Source of the DNA: Planctopirus limnophila DSM 3776
Lineage (GTDB): Bacteria > Planctomycetota > Planctomycetia > Planctomycetales > Planctomycetaceae
Direction of reading: 5' to 3'
DNA: 32,000 bases
Assembly: GCF_000092105.1 (NCBI RefSeq)
Contig: NC_014148.1
Location: forward strand, 780,001 to 812,000
Part shown: piece after piece, positions 7,138 to 16,878 of the stretch
Numbering within the stretch: the stretch's first letter is position 1
How the letters are laid out: each line of letters begins with the position of its first letter
The notes under the pieces: generated by a model
Database searches by the model: none
The model's input: only the letters and a program-made list of their open reading frames with translations
What the model was told of the DNA's origin: nothing
Made by a program: the position numbers and the translations under genes

Positions 7138-8094
7138 CTATTTGCCTGGAGCAGGCTGACGCTTGAGAATGATCTCGGGCGTATCTGCCAATGGAACGTC
7201 GCCAATGCGGCGTTCAATCGATTTCCAGCTTTGGGCCTGATCATCGATGCGTGTTAAGACATTGACGGCAAACGTTGGCGTCCCTTCGACGGTCAGCCCT
7301 CGAATTGCTGCCGCCCAGCCATTGGGCTGAGATGTCCAGATACCGATTGAGACGGATCCATCAGAGCCAAAATTCCAGCTTTGAATCTGCTCGGTGAGTG
7401 GGCTGTAACCAATAATCTGAATACCGGAAGTGATCGAACGATCGGGATGGGTCACAGTGTAGGTTCGCTTCAGGAAGCTGCGACCGGCTGTCCACTCGAA
7501 GACCGATTCACTCACTGAGCCATGTTCTTCGGCCACCCACTTGCCGACCAGCCAGTCCAGATCGGCCAGTTGACGTCTGGCGGCGGGATTGGCGGTGGGA
7601 AGATCCCGCACGCTGGCCATTTTCCACGAGCCACCTTCTTTGACGTGGATTGCTGTGTAGCGAGAAAAGGGGGGAGCTCCAGGAATCGATGGGGAAAGCA
7701 TGCTGCGACCATCTTCAATGGCCGTCTGGTCGCTGAGCAGTCGCAAGGAATCGATCTGCACCTTGATCTGCATCTTCGGATGTGCAGCGAGGAAGGTCTG
7801 ATACAGCTCTTCGATCTTTAATCGCCCGACCGTCACCTGTCCGCTCTCATCGACATATTCGCCGTCTTTGGCCCAGAGTTGTGCAATCGCTTTCGCATCA
7901 GCCTTGTTGAAAGCCTCGACGAAGGCTGATGATGTCTGGCGAATGGCAGCAAGTTCAAGATTCTCGGATACCGCCTGAGCGGCAGCGGCTGGCGTGGCTG
8001 CGGGGACACGAACTGGCGTGGGAGACTGGGCATCGGCCACGATGGCGCCCATCCCGCAGAGAAGACTGAGACCGAAGAAGAATTGACGAGGCAT
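7138..8094 (-). CDS. Secreted tandem NTF2-like (SnoaL/DUF4440-type) domain protein
   Basis: The likely start is ATG 8094 (MPRQFFFGLSLLCGMGAIVADAQ, signal-like); the track ORF extends to 8205. The first half (AIRQTSSAFVEAFNKADAKAIAQLWAKDGEYVD ... YTAIHVKEGGSWKMASVRD) is typical of DUF4440/SgcJ-EcaC NTF2-fold proteins. The second half repeats the fold (LVGKWVAEE ... FEWTAGRSFLKRTY). The gene is co-directional with, and 82 nt upstream of, the Gly-rich gene. Confidence 0.7.
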   Translation of the reverse strand: MPRQFFFGLSLLCGMGAIVADAQSPTPVRVPAATPAAAAQAVSENLELAAIRQTSSAFVEAFNKADAKAIAQLWAKDGEYVDESGQVTVGRLKIEELYQTFLAAHPKMQIKVQIDSLRLLSDQTAIEDGRSMLSPSIPGAPPFSRYTAIHVKEGGSWKMASVRDLPTANPAARRQLADLDWLVGKWVAEEHGSVSESVFEWTAGRSFLKRTYTVTHPDRSITSGIQIIGYSPLTEQIQSWNFGSDGSVSIGIWTSQPNGWAAAIRGLTVEGTPTFAVNVLTRIDDQAQSWKSIERRIGDVPLADTPEIILKRQPAPGK

Positions 8095-8500
8095 AGCGAC
8101 CCTTGTGTTAAACGATTCAAAATCCCGGGTGATTTTTTTGACAGATGTGCTCTGACATGGCACTTGCGGACATGTTTGCTGGAGCGCAGCCAGTGAGCGG
8201 TTCAATCGGAGCAGGAACCGTTTGCTTTCATTGAATGATGGGAATCACGCTCAGTGACCAATAGTTTACAGAGCGGGGTCACAAAAATGGAATGAATTTC
8301 TCAGAACAGTCATGTGAGTTTTCGCATGCCAGTCGACGGGTCCATACGATCAAGCTAAAACCTAGCTCATCGATTTCAGTGCTGAGTGATCCACTGGAAA
8401 AATACTTCGCCCAAACAACGGATTCTCAGGTTTCCTCCCCACCATTGATGCTTTTTTGCTACAAGTCCCAAGGCGTAGCCAGATTCAGGAGTTTCCCGCG

Positions 8501-9406
8501 TTGACGCGATCTCAACCACTGACTGCCACTACCTTTTCGCTGACAATGCTGACAGTTTTTCTGTGGGCGGGAAATCCAGTAGCGACCAGTTTTTCGACAG
8601 ATGTGCTCCCTCCTGTCGCAGTTTCGGGCATTCGTTTTTTATTGGCCACGATCTTTATGCTGGGATGGTGCGCACTCGAAAGAGCTCCACTGGCACTCAA
8701 AAGCGGACAGTTTCGACCGGTGCTCATCGCAGGAACATTACTGGCCCTGCAGATCTGGACGTTTACTCTCGGCGTCGCCTGGTCGAGTTCGAGCCACTCA
8801 TCGCTGCTGATTAACAGCTACGTTTTTTTTGTGGTGGTCTGCGATCATTTTGTCACTCGCCAGTATCGCCTGGGCTACTATGCCTGGGGCGGCTTCTGGC
8901 TCGCGATGGCAGGAGTCACGGGGTTAATCCTTTCAATCGAAACCAGCGAACCAAAACAAAAGGATCTGCCGACACTGGCTGGTGATCTGGTGACGCTCTT
9001 CAGTGCCTTCCTGTTTGCGGCAAAATTGCTCTACTCGAAACAGGCACTCAAAGTGATTGGTTCGACGCAACTGATCTTCTGGCACGATGTGGTCGCCGTT
9101 GTGCTGTTTGCCCTGCTCAGTTTCAGCACAGAGCATGTCGAATGGCACAAAATCTCGACTTCTGGCTGGTTGGCTCTGGTCTACCAGGGTTTTTTGGTGG
9201 GAGGGCTCTGCTTTGGTTTACAGACATGGCTGCTCAAATGGCACTCTGCATCGCAGATTGCGATCTTCAGCTTTCTTACCCCGCTCATGGGGATTGCACT
9301 CGCCTCAATGCTGAGAGGTGATCAACTGACCCCAGCGATGGGAATCGCCGGTGCCTGTATTGCGATAGGGATCGTGTTCGTTCAACTGGATCAGAAATCA
9401 AGTTGA
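8501..9406 (+). CDS. EamA/DMT-superfamily transporter (about 10 TM helices)
   Basis: The protein is hydrophobic throughout, with two EamA-like halves (WAGNPVATSF ... ; FLTPLMGIALASMLRGDQLT). The track ORF starts at TTG 8456. TTG 8501 has GGAG 9 nt upstream, and ATG 8546 is also possible. Confidence 0.8.
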   Translation: MTRSQPLTATTFSLTMLTVFLWAGNPVATSFSTDVLPPVAVSGIRFLLATIFMLGWCALERAPLALKSGQFRPVLIAGTLLALQIWTFTLGVAWSSSSHSSLLINSYVFFVVVCDHFVTRQYRLGYYAWGGFWLAMAGVTGLILSIETSEPKQKDLPTLAGDLVTLFSAFLFAAKLLYSKQALKVIGSTQLIFWHDVVAVVLFALLSFSTEHVEWHKISTSGWLALVYQGFLVGGLCFGLQTWLLKWHSASQIAIFSFLTPLMGIALASMLRGDQLTPAMGIAGACIAIGIVFVQLDQKSS

Positions 9407-9614
9407 AGTTTCTTCGCCCGTGGCCGTCAATTCAACGCAAAGAGCTTTTGGTCGTGATCACACGGTCGCAAATATTCTGGAAATGAATCCAATCTAATAC
9501 GTTTTCCAGGCAGGACCATCGCATCAACGGTCTGGAAAACATGTTTGCCCAGAGCGGCTGTCTATTACAGACAACTTTGCATGCCTATTGATCTGCGGTG
9601 CGCCAGTAGAATGT

Positions 9615-9772
9615 GTGGCTGGGGTCAAACGTCTTCGTTTGCCCCCAGTTCTTTGGACTTTGATCGTCCCTAGCGAACTGTCTCAACTGTCATGAAGCAT
9701 GTCTTCAGATGCATTTGTGCTGGTGAAGCCAATTGACCAGGGGGCCAATGAGGCATTCGACCCCTGCCACCC
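9615..9772 (+). repeat. Dispersed noncoding repeat, copy A (second copy at 21713-21863)
   Basis: The first 36 nt, GTGGCTGGGGTCAAACGTCTTCGTTTGCCCCCAGTT, differ at one position from copy B. The last 65-66 nt (GATGCATT.GTGCTGGTGAA ... ATTGACCA.GGGGC ... GACCC.TGCCACCC) match at about 55 of 66 hand-aligned columns with one 1-nt indel. The middle is diverged. There is no shared reading frame. Confidence 0.75.
9619..9655 (+). terminator. Terminator-like hairpin at the 5' end of repeat copy A
   Basis: CTGGGGTCAAACG-TCTT-CGTTTGCCCCCAG forms a 13-position stem with one T/C mismatch, followed by TTCTTTG. It is oriented to stop + strand transcription coming from the EamA gene. Confidence 0.5.
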
Positions 9773-9790
9773 GTCGCGCGATGTTGGTCG

Positions 9791-9823
9791 CGAAAACATG
9801 CTTGCCCAGAGCTGCAAGCATGG
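9791..9823 (-). terminator. Intrinsic terminator of ispG; repeated hairpin family
   Basis: The reverse strand reads CATGCTTGC-agctctgg-GCAAGCATG followed by TTTTCG, about 35 nt downstream of the ispG stop. The same 30-nt core is present at 5332-5357. Confidence 0.6.
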
Positions 9824-9856
9824 CACATCGAGTGCTCTTATTTCATGGAAAACGTA

Positions 9857-11014
9857 TTAGGACGACGTTAAGGCTTGTCCACTCTTTTCGGCGATGACCA
9901 GATCGAGTTCCTGTTTTAGCCTGGGCAGAATCTCATCGTACTTGAAGTGGCCCAACTCAACAGGGCCCTTCTTGAGATTCACATGATTTGGTCCGCACCA
10001 CAGGCCCAGATCTGCATCGTCGGTTTCACCCGGCCCGTTGACTCGGCAACCCATCACAGCGATCGTGATTTTGTGATCTTTGGCGTAGGCCGTCATTTCC
10101 TTGACCTGTTGAGCCAGATCAATAAACGCTTCATTCTCGACACGGGAACAGCTGGGGCAACTGATAATGTTCAACGTATCGAGGCCAAAATCGACGAATG
10201 ATCGCACACGCCCTGCCGCAATGTCGGCCAGAATTTTGCGGCCGGCTTCGATCTCTTCGTGCTTGCGATTGTTCGGCACTGTCAGTGAAACGCGAATCGT
10301 GTCGCCGATCCCCTGGCTGATTAACTGCTCGAAGGCAATACGCGTCTTGATAATCCCATCTGGTGGCAGACCGGCCTCCGTTACTCCCAGATGGAGAGGA
10401 ATATCGGGCCGCTGTAAGGCAAATCGTTTGTTGACTTCGATGACATTCTTCGGATCGGAATCTTTGATTGAAACGACGTACCGCGTGAAACCAATTGAAT
10501 CCAAGTACTCGCAGTGTTCGAAAGCACTGGCCAGCAGTGGCCCGTTTTCGTCCCCGCCGTAATCATCAACCTTTTTGGCGGGATCGACTGAGCCACAATT
10601 GACACCCACTCGCAGGGCGCAGTCGTGATCTTTCGCCACCTGGGCAATGTAAGCGACCTTTTCCTGCCAGGGTTTGGATCGCTCATGATGGTAGAGGTGC
10701 CCCGGGTTGTAGCGGATCTTATCAACATAAGGAGCCACCTGTTCGGCCAGTCGATAATTCTCCTGCAGATCGACCGAAAGATTTGCTTTGACCTGACTGC
10801 GAATCTCCTTGAGAGCAGCCGCATCTTTCGGGCTGTCGACCGCGATCCGAATGACATCCGCCCCCGCTTTTTCCAGGTCGAGCACCTGCGCCACAGTCGC
10901 GTCGATATCCTGTGTGTGAGTTGCCGTCATGCTCTGGACGGCAATCGGGTGGCCACCACCAATCGTACAACTGCCCACTCGGACGGCACGTGTCGGATTA
11001 CGACGCAATTCCAT
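9857..11014 (-). CDS. ispG: 4-hydroxy-3-methylbut-2-en-1-yl diphosphate synthase (IspG/GcpE), MEP pathway
   Basis: Full-length match to the IspG pattern: [35 protein letters not shown], and the C-terminal Fe-S motif ISCPSCSR ... [10 protein letters not shown]. Confidence 0.95.
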   Translation of the reverse strand: MELRRNPTRAVRVGSCTIGGGHPIAVQSMTATHTQDIDATVAQVLDLEKAGADVIRIAVDSPKDAAALKEIRSQVKANLSVDLQENYRLAEQVAPYVDKIRYNPGHLYHHERSKPWQEKVAYIAQVAKDHDCALRVGVNCGSVDPAKKVDDYGGDENGPLLASAFEHCEYLDSIGFTRYVVSIKDSDPKNVIEVNKRFALQRPDIPLHLGVTEAGLPPDGIIKTRIAFEQLISQGIGDTIRVSLTVPNNRKHEEIEAGRKILADIAAGRVRSFVDFGLDTLNIISCPSCSRVENEAFIDLAQQVKEMTAYAKDHKITIAVMGCRVNGPGETDDADLGLWCGPNHVNLKKGPVELGHFKYDEILPRLKQELDLVIAEKSGQALTSS

Positions 11015-11118
11015 GGCCTGTTCCTGCTGATCGACAACTTATGTGAACCACAGCAAATACTTTGAATCTGGCAACGCGCCCAGTTGACCGCAGTACCAGT
11101 CATCCCTTTAACGGTTGA

Positions 11119-12267
11119 TTACTGACTGACTGCTGAAAGACCAGCAGCCAGATCGGTGATGAGATCATCGGGATGCTCAATACCAACCGAAAGACGCAAT
11201 GTGTTCTCGGTGATGCCAGCCGTCCGTCGGTCTTCTTTGGACATCGACGAGTGAGTCATTGTATCCGGGTAATCGATCAGTGATTCAACGCCACCTAACG
11301 ATTCTGCCAGTTGGAAGATCTTCAGCTTGGAGAGGAACTTCTCGACGGCAGAGCGCCCGCCGTTGAGTTCAAAGCTGACCATTGCCCCAAAACCAAACTG
11401 CTGCCTCTTGGCCAGGTCATGACCGGGATGCGTTGGTAAACCGGGATAGTAGACCTTCTCGACACCGGGATGCTCATTCAGAAAGCGAGCCACGGCATCC
11501 GCACCACGCTGATGAGCTTCCATCCGCGGGCCCAGTGTCTTCACCCCGCGTAAAACCAGCCAGGCATCAAATGGTGAACAAGCCAGGCCCATGGCATTCA
11601 CGATATAACTGATTCGTTCGGCATGCTGCTGATGCTTGCAGATGACGGCACCACCGACAACATCACTATGGCCATTGAGGTACTTCGTGGTCGAATGCAT
11701 GACGACATCGACACCATGATCGAGAGGGCGCTGGAAGTAAGGTGACAGGAATGTGTTGTCGGCCATCGTGATCAGCTGATGCTTTTTGGCAATCGCCACA
11801 ATGGCATTCAGATCGACGATATTCAGCAAGGGGTTCGAAGGTGTTTCGATCCAGATTGCTTTCGTATTGCTCTTGATGGCCGCTTCGACCTGAGCCGGTT
11901 GCCCCATATCGACAAACGAAAAATCGATTCCTTGGTCTCGCAGCACTTTATCGAAGAGTCGATAAGTACCACCATAAATGTCGTGCCCGGTAATCACATG
12001 ATCGCCTGGCGCCACCAATTGCAGGGCGGCCACAATCGCTGACATCCCTGTGCAGGTTGCCCGGCAATCGACGCCTCCTTCAAGAGCCGCCAGATTTTCT
12101 TCGAGAGCTTTCCGAGTTGGATTGCCGCTGCGGGTGTAGTCAAAACCTCGATGAGAATCGAGATTGTCCCAGCGGAAGGTCGATGTGGGATAGATCGGTG
12201 TCGTGGCACTCAAGTAGGTGGCATCTTTATCGACGCCGGTATGAACACAGCGGGTTTCAAACTTCAC
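11119..12267 (-). CDS. Cys/Met-metabolism PLP enzyme (cystathionine gamma-synthase / beta-lyase family)
   Basis: GTG start with GAGGAAG upstream. Motifs: TPIYPTSTF, YTRSGNPT, and the PLP-lysine motif STTKYLNGHSDVVGG. The exact specificity (MetB/MetC/MetZ) cannot be told from sequence by eye. Confidence 0.9.
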   Translation of the reverse strand: MKFETRCVHTGVDKDATYLSATTPIYPTSTFRWDNLDSHRGFDYTRSGNPTRKALEENLAALEGGVDCRATCTGMSAIVAALQLVAPGDHVITGHDIYGGTYRLFDKVLRDQGIDFSFVDMGQPAQVEAAIKSNTKAIWIETPSNPLLNIVDLNAIVAIAKKHQLITMADNTFLSPYFQRPLDHGVDVVMHSTTKYLNGHSDVVGGAVICKHQQHAERISYIVNAMGLACSPFDAWLVLRGVKTLGPRMEAHQRGADAVARFLNEHPGVEKVYYPGLPTHPGHDLAKRQQFGFGAMVSFELNGGRSAVEKFLSKLKIFQLAESLGGVESLIDYPDTMTHSSMSKEDRRTAGITENTLRLSVGIEHPDDLITDLAAGLSAVSQ

Positions 12268-12523
12268 GTTCAGGCTTCCTCGGATCGATTGCCGAATTCT
12301 GGCAGGACTGCTCTTCTGGCTGCATCATCTCGAAAAAACTTGGGGAATCATGGGCCCCCATCGTTCCGAAAACTGCTGCCAGAACACCTTCTTTCAGGAT
12401 TCTACCGAGACTTCCGCAGAATGGCACTCAAACCACGACCAAACCGAACTCGTTGAATCGCTGAACGACCATCATGAGCGACTTTTTTCGACCCAGCACC
12501 ACGTTCAATGATTGGCTGATGGA

Positions 12524-13135
12524 TCATTTTCGATCGGTGGGAGTCGAACAATCCGCATCTTCACGGGTCGAGCATTCCTGACCAAAGGCCAGCCTGAGCT
12601 GCTGATCAGGCTCGGGTTCCCGAAACTCCTTAAACAACAGGCTTGGCTGGATGTCGTGATTTCTCTGATACTTATCGCTGGCGTACTCCGTGATGTCTCC
12701 CTCCAGTTGATGGTAGAAAATCTGGCAGATCGGGACGCCGGCATAAATGCGAATGGGATGGATCGCGAACATTTCAAGCGTCCAGTAACCGCAGAATCCC
12801 ACATCGCCAAAGCCTGCCGTCACATGGACAAATAATCCCAGTCGTCCGACCGAAGACCGGCCTTCGAGCATGGGCACGAAGTTATGCGTCTCCGTGTATT
12901 CGATGGTCCGCCCCAGGTAGAGTTGTCCCGGTTGAAGCACGAGTCCTTCGGGAGGAATGACATGCCGGCGGTAGCGATTGGGCCGCTGCATATCGAGGAC
13001 GATTTCCTCGTAGACCAGTAACTCATCATGCAATCTCAAATTGTAGCTGTTCGGGTTGAGCAGACGCTCTTCGAACGGATTGATGACGAGATTACGACCC
13101 AGTTGCGAACGAATTTCATTCCCGGTGAGAATCAT
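12524..13135 (-). CDS. dcd: dCTP deaminase
   Basis: MILTGNEIRSQL ... NPNSYNLRL ... GRSSVGRLGLFVHVTAGFGDVGFCGYWTLEM. ATG 13135 is preferred over the track start 13168. There is a ~30-aa acidic C-terminal extension. Confidence 0.9.
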   Translation of the reverse strand: MILTGNEIRSQLGRNLVINPFEERLLNPNSYNLRLHDELLVYEEIVLDMQRPNRYRRHVIPPEGLVLQPGQLYLGRTIEYTETHNFVPMLEGRSSVGRLGLFVHVTAGFGDVGFCGYWTLEMFAIHPIRIYAGVPICQIFYHQLEGDITEYASDKYQRNHDIQPSLLFKEFREPEPDQQLRLAFGQECSTREDADCSTPTDRK

Positions 13136-13274
13136 CGGTCGCCTGTTCCCTGTTGTCCTGGTTGGCACGAAGAGACCTCTCGAAGGGCATCTCTGGGCCT
13201 TCCGGGAGGATTCCTCTCTGAGAGTTGGTCATGGCGAGATTAGTTAGCCAGCAGCCCGCGTGCAACAGGCGAGG

Positions 13275-14135
13275 TCAGTGCCCGTTACGATTCTGGGTTT
13301 TTGCGATATTTTTCTTGCTCTTTGCAACCAAAGGTGTGGTGGTCGTGGTCGCCTTGTGAGTGCCTTTCAAAGGTGTGCCTTTGGTCATTGTCTTCTTGCC
13401 TCGGGATGGCTTCTTTGAGGGACGAGTTTCCTGAGGTTCTGCAGGATCGTCGAGCACAGAAGTCGGCATTTCCAGCTCAGGCAAACCCACACGACGACAG
13501 TCTGCCAGTAAAGGGCAACGTGTGCATTGCGGCCGCCTGGCGATGCAGATCTGTCGACCATGATGAATCAGGCGGTGGGAGAGCATGATCCACTCGTGCT
13601 GTGGAACAATGGCCATCAGTTCGCGTTCAATCGTTTCGGCATTATTGCCTTTGGCTAGCCCTAACAAACGACTGATGCGCTGCACATGAGTATCGACGAC
13701 CACACCACTTGGTACGCCGTGAAATGTCCCGAGGAGAACATTGGCGGTTTTTCTTCCCACTCCCGGCAGCGCGACCAGCTCTTCCAGTGCTTGAGGAATC
13801 TCTCCCTGATGCTTTTCCACGACGGCCTGGGCCATACCAATCAGATTGGCCGCTTTATTGCGGAAGAAACCGGTTGATTTCACAAGCGCTTCGACATCTT
13901 CCTGCCGGGCTTTGGCCAGATGAACGGGCGTTGGATACGCCTTAAACAGCCCAGGCGTGACCATATTCACTCGCTCATCAGTACACTGCGCACTGAGAAT
14001 TGTGGCTGCCAGCAGTTCATACGGCGAGGTATGTTCGAGAGCACATTCAACATCCGGGTAAGTCCGCTCCAGCTGAGCCAGAATCCGCCCGGTTCTGTCG
14101 ATGAAAGCTTGCTTCGATTCCCGACCTTTGGCCAT
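13275..14135 (-). CDS. nth: Endonuclease III (Nth) with a basic Lys/Thr-rich C-terminal tail
   Basis: HhH-GPD motif [13 protein letters not shown], catalytic VDTHVQR, and Fe-S cluster loop C-x6-C-x2-C-x5-C ([17 protein letters not shown]). A ~70-aa tail follows ([42 protein letters not shown]). GGAAGGGGA RBS. Confidence 0.9.
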   Translation of the reverse strand: MAKGRESKQAFIDRTGRILAQLERTYPDVECALEHTSPYELLAATILSAQCTDERVNMVTPGLFKAYPTPVHLAKARQEDVEALVKSTGFFRNKAANLIGMAQAVVEKHQGEIPQALEELVALPGVGRKTANVLLGTFHGVPSGVVVDTHVQRISRLLGLAKGNNAETIERELMAIVPQHEWIMLSHRLIHHGRQICIARRPQCTRCPLLADCRRVGLPELEMPTSVLDDPAEPQETRPSKKPSRGKKTMTKGTPLKGTHKATTTTTPLVAKSKKNIAKTQNRNGH

Positions 14136-14215
14136 ATCCCATCCCCTTCCAAGCCAGTTGATTTTCTGATCTGCTCTGTTTTCGAATTCTAGGATCGATG
14201 GGAAGAATCCACGCC

Positions 14216-15526
14216 TTAAATCAAAGATCTGGCTTTGACTTCCAGATAGCGGGAAATGAGCTGGCTGGTCAATGTCTCAGGTGTCGCCTCGATGGCAAAC
14301 AAGCCCATCGCAGTCAGGTCGCGCAGTGTTATGCGGTGTCCCTGTAGAAGATCGGCGGCGGCGGCAATTTCAAAGGCCTGCTGATCTGTTTGCGGCACAC
14401 TTTCAGCCTGTTTCACCAGACTCTCAGGCGAAAGAAAAGCGCAGATCACCAGATGAGGTGAACGCAAACGGCGAAACTGCCGGGCCATCTGCTCCAGATG
14501 GACATCATCGAGGGCATAGGTCAGCACCACAACCAAGGCCCGCTTGCGATACCGACGGCGCAATTCATCGACCATGAGCTGATAATCTGTCGATGTGTAT
14601 TCAGGCTCAATATCGTAGATGTTACGAATGAGCGTATCGATACTTCGCAGCCCACGCACGGGCGGGATCGATGCCTGGACTTTGGATGAACAGGCCAGCA
14701 ACCCGACATGATCCCCCTGCCTGAGAGCTGTGTAGGCCAGCAGCAAGGCGGAGTTCAGAGCACGATCAAAATGCGTGGCGACTCCTTCGGCATGACACAT
14801 TGATCGTCCACTGTCGAGGACTAACACGATCGTCTGATTTTTCTCGATCGTATATTCGCGGGCAATCAACGACTCCTGCCGCGCCGATGCTTTCCAGTCA
14901 ATCGAACGAAATTCGTCTTCGCGGCGATATTCCCGAAGCCGGTCAAAGGCCGAGCCTTTGCCATGCAACCGGGTCATGCGGACTCCACTTTCGGCCAGGC
15001 GGTTCTGCCGGGCGAGCAATTCGACTCCCCGAATGGCCTGCACATCCGGATAAACCTTGGTGGTCATCGGTAAAGGGATCAACCAGTGCAATTGCCAGAA
15101 TCCCCAGGGGGATCGTGCCCGCCAGTGAATCGATTGAAAGGTGACATTTCCACGCCGGGCAGGTGTGAAGTGATAGACCAGCTTCAGCCAACGACCAGGT
15201 GCCAGAGGCACAACAGCCGGTACGCCATCAAACGTTCCCGGATGAGGAGGTTCATCATGCAACTCGGCCTGCCAGCTGGATCTTCCTTTCCAGCGATACT
15301 CAATTGTGATCGGGTTACGGGCTCCGACGCTGAGTACGCGCCCTACTTTTCGATCGATGTCCATCTGGGAAAGTGCCGGGCTGCGAAGCCAATCGATGAT
15401 TGCCAGCAAAATGACAAAAACTGTGGCGCCAGTTCCCAGAGTTGCCCAGGAAGAACTAAAGCACGCCGGGATGTACAGCATCCCGGCTGCGAGAATACTC
15501 AATAGCAATTGAAGCCGGGGTGTCAT
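14216..15526 (-). CDS. DUF58 (vWA-like) protein, MoxR partner
   Basis: Two N-terminal TM helices, the DUF58 signature [23 protein letters not shown], and then a vWA-like segment [10 protein letters not shown]. The start overlaps the moxR stop by 4 nt. Confidence 0.85.
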   Translation of the reverse strand: MTPRLQLLLSILAAGMLYIPACFSSSWATLGTGATVFVILLAIIDWLRSPALSQMDIDRKVGRVLSVGARNPITIEYRWKGRSSWQAELHDEPPHPGTFDGVPAVVPLAPGRWLKLVYHFTPARRGNVTFQSIHWRARSPWGFWQLHWLIPLPMTTKVYPDVQAIRGVELLARQNRLAESGVRMTRLHGKGSAFDRLREYRREDEFRSIDWKASARQESLIAREYTIEKNQTIVLVLDSGRSMCHAEGVATHFDRALNSALLLAYTALRQGDHVGLLACSSKVQASIPPVRGLRSIDTLIRNIYDIEPEYTSTDYQLMVDELRRRYRKRALVVVLTYALDDVHLEQMARQFRRLRSPHLVICAFLSPESLVKQAESVPQTDQQAFEIAAAADLLQGHRITLRDLTAMGLFAIEATPETLTSQLISRYLEVKARSLI

Positions 15527-16482
15527 GCCTTCGGTGCCTCGGTGGTTTCGAGAAGATCACCCAAGACGACTTCAATTGTGGAGCCTTCAATTTCCGCTTC
15601 GGGTTCCAGGCGAATGCGATGTCTGAGAATCCAGGGCACGAGCTGTTTAATATCATCGGGCACAACGAAAGTTCTTCCCAGGCAGGCCGCTAAGGCCCGG
15701 GAAGCGACCAACAACCCGACACTGGAACGCGGGCTGGCACCAATCTCGATGGCGGGATGTTGGCGTGTGGCTGTGACGATCCGAACGATGTAATCAATGA
15801 TTGAAGGCTCGACGACAATATCCCGCACGGAGGCTTGCAGACGGAGAATACTCTCATCGTCGAGGACACTTTGGACATCCGACGTATGGATACGCCGAGG
15901 GTCACGTCCTTCGTTGTAGGCATTGAGAATGCCGGCTTCCTGCGCGAATGTGGGGTAGGTCACCAGCATTTTAAAGAGAAAACGATCCAACTGAGCTTCG
16001 GGAAGAGGGTAGGTCCCTTCCTGTTCAATGGGGTTTTGAGTTGCCAGCGTGATAAACGGCCTTGGTAAAGGCATCGTCTGACCATCGACAGTGACCTGAC
16101 ATTCCTGCATGGCTTCGAGCAACGACGCCTGTGTCTTCGCGGGAGCCCGATTGATTTCATCGGCCAGGAGCAGATTGGCGAAGACCGGCCCTTCGCTGAA
16201 GTGAAACCGCCTTTCTTGCAAGTTGTAGACCGAATGCCCAGTCACATCTGATGGCATCAGATCGGGAGTGAACTGAATTCTCGAATACCTACATTTTAAA
16301 ACCCGGCTGATTGTCGTCGCGAGGAGCGTCTTTCCCAGACCGGGCGGCCCTTCAATCAACACGTGACCTTCCGCCAGCAGCGCCACAAAGACCGCTTCGA
16401 TCAGTTCCTCCTGACCCACCACCACTTTGCCCACTTCACGGCGTACGGCACGATAAGCCTCTTCGACCTCTGCTACCGACAT
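15523..16482 (-). CDS. MoxR-family AAA+ ATPase
   Basis: Walker A GPPGLGKT, Walker B LLADEINRAP, and typical MoxR length (319 aa) and C-terminal lid. AGAGAGG RBS. Confidence 0.9.
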   Translation of the reverse strand: MSVAEVEEAYRAVRREVGKVVVGQEELIEAVFVALLAEGHVLIEGPPGLGKTLLATTISRVLKCRYSRIQFTPDLMPSDVTGHSVYNLQERRFHFSEGPVFANLLLADEINRAPAKTQASLLEAMQECQVTVDGQTMPLPRPFITLATQNPIEQEGTYPLPEAQLDRFLFKMLVTYPTFAQEAGILNAYNEGRDPRRIHTSDVQSVLDDESILRLQASVRDIVVEPSIIDYIVRIVTATRQHPAIEIGASPRSSVGLLVASRALAACLGRTFVVPDDIKQLVPWILRHRIRLEPEAEIEGSTIEVVLGDLLETTEAPKA

Positions 16483-16878
16483 GGAACCTCTCTTCTAAAA
16501 CTTTGGCCACTGGTTTTGTGAGATCATACGCTAGAGGCCAGGGTGGTAACACTTAGAAAAATTCTGTTGGAAGCATCGCTCGTCTCGAAGAGACCAATCC
16601 CTATATCCCGTCATCACTGATATTGATCCTTTCTGGCAATCGTCGAAGTGCGAATCGTCGATCCTGAACCGGCGACGCAACTTTCACTCGAAACGCTGTG
16701 CCTTCCGACGGAAACAATTCAGCCAGATCTCCCATCCTGCCTATTTGCTGTTAAAGCCATCTTGAGATGAATGCAGATCTCTGTAACACTCCGATGCAAG
16801 CACTCGGGGTGGCCAACTTCTTTAAAGACTTGGTTGACCTCTGGATCAATGGAGTGATTGAACAGTGCAGGGGGCATC

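Larger units (their letters stand above)
9494..9860. repeat. 367-bp intergenic composite bounded by a perfect 15-bp inverted repeat
   Basis: CTAATACGTTTTCCA (9494-9508) and its exact reverse complement TGGAAAACGTATTAG (9846-9860) bound the element. The right arm covers the ispG stop codon. The interior holds the dispersed core repeat, a 21-bp direct repeat (9535-9555 / 9792-9812, one mismatch) and two oppositely oriented terminator hairpins. Confidence 0.6.

Noticed and set aside
6522-7257. Ala/Thr-rich (6522..7166) and Pro-rich (6658..7257) + strand ORFs, plus 6608..7015 on the - strand
   Set aside because: These are frame and antisense artefacts of the GGN-rich repeat region. Antisense GGN codons read as Pro/Ala codons and remove stops. 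Only the 5409..7055 frame has an RBS, a signal peptide and a non-repetitive C-terminal domain.
12268-12523. Possible SAM or other riboswitch in the 256-nt leader of the transsulfuration PLP-enzyme gene
   Set aside because: No SAM-I or SAM-II core motifs were recognisable on the reverse strand, and only a weak GGGG/CCCC hairpin with a T-tract (possibly the dcd terminator) was seen. The region was not scanned with a covariance model, so this rejection is soft.
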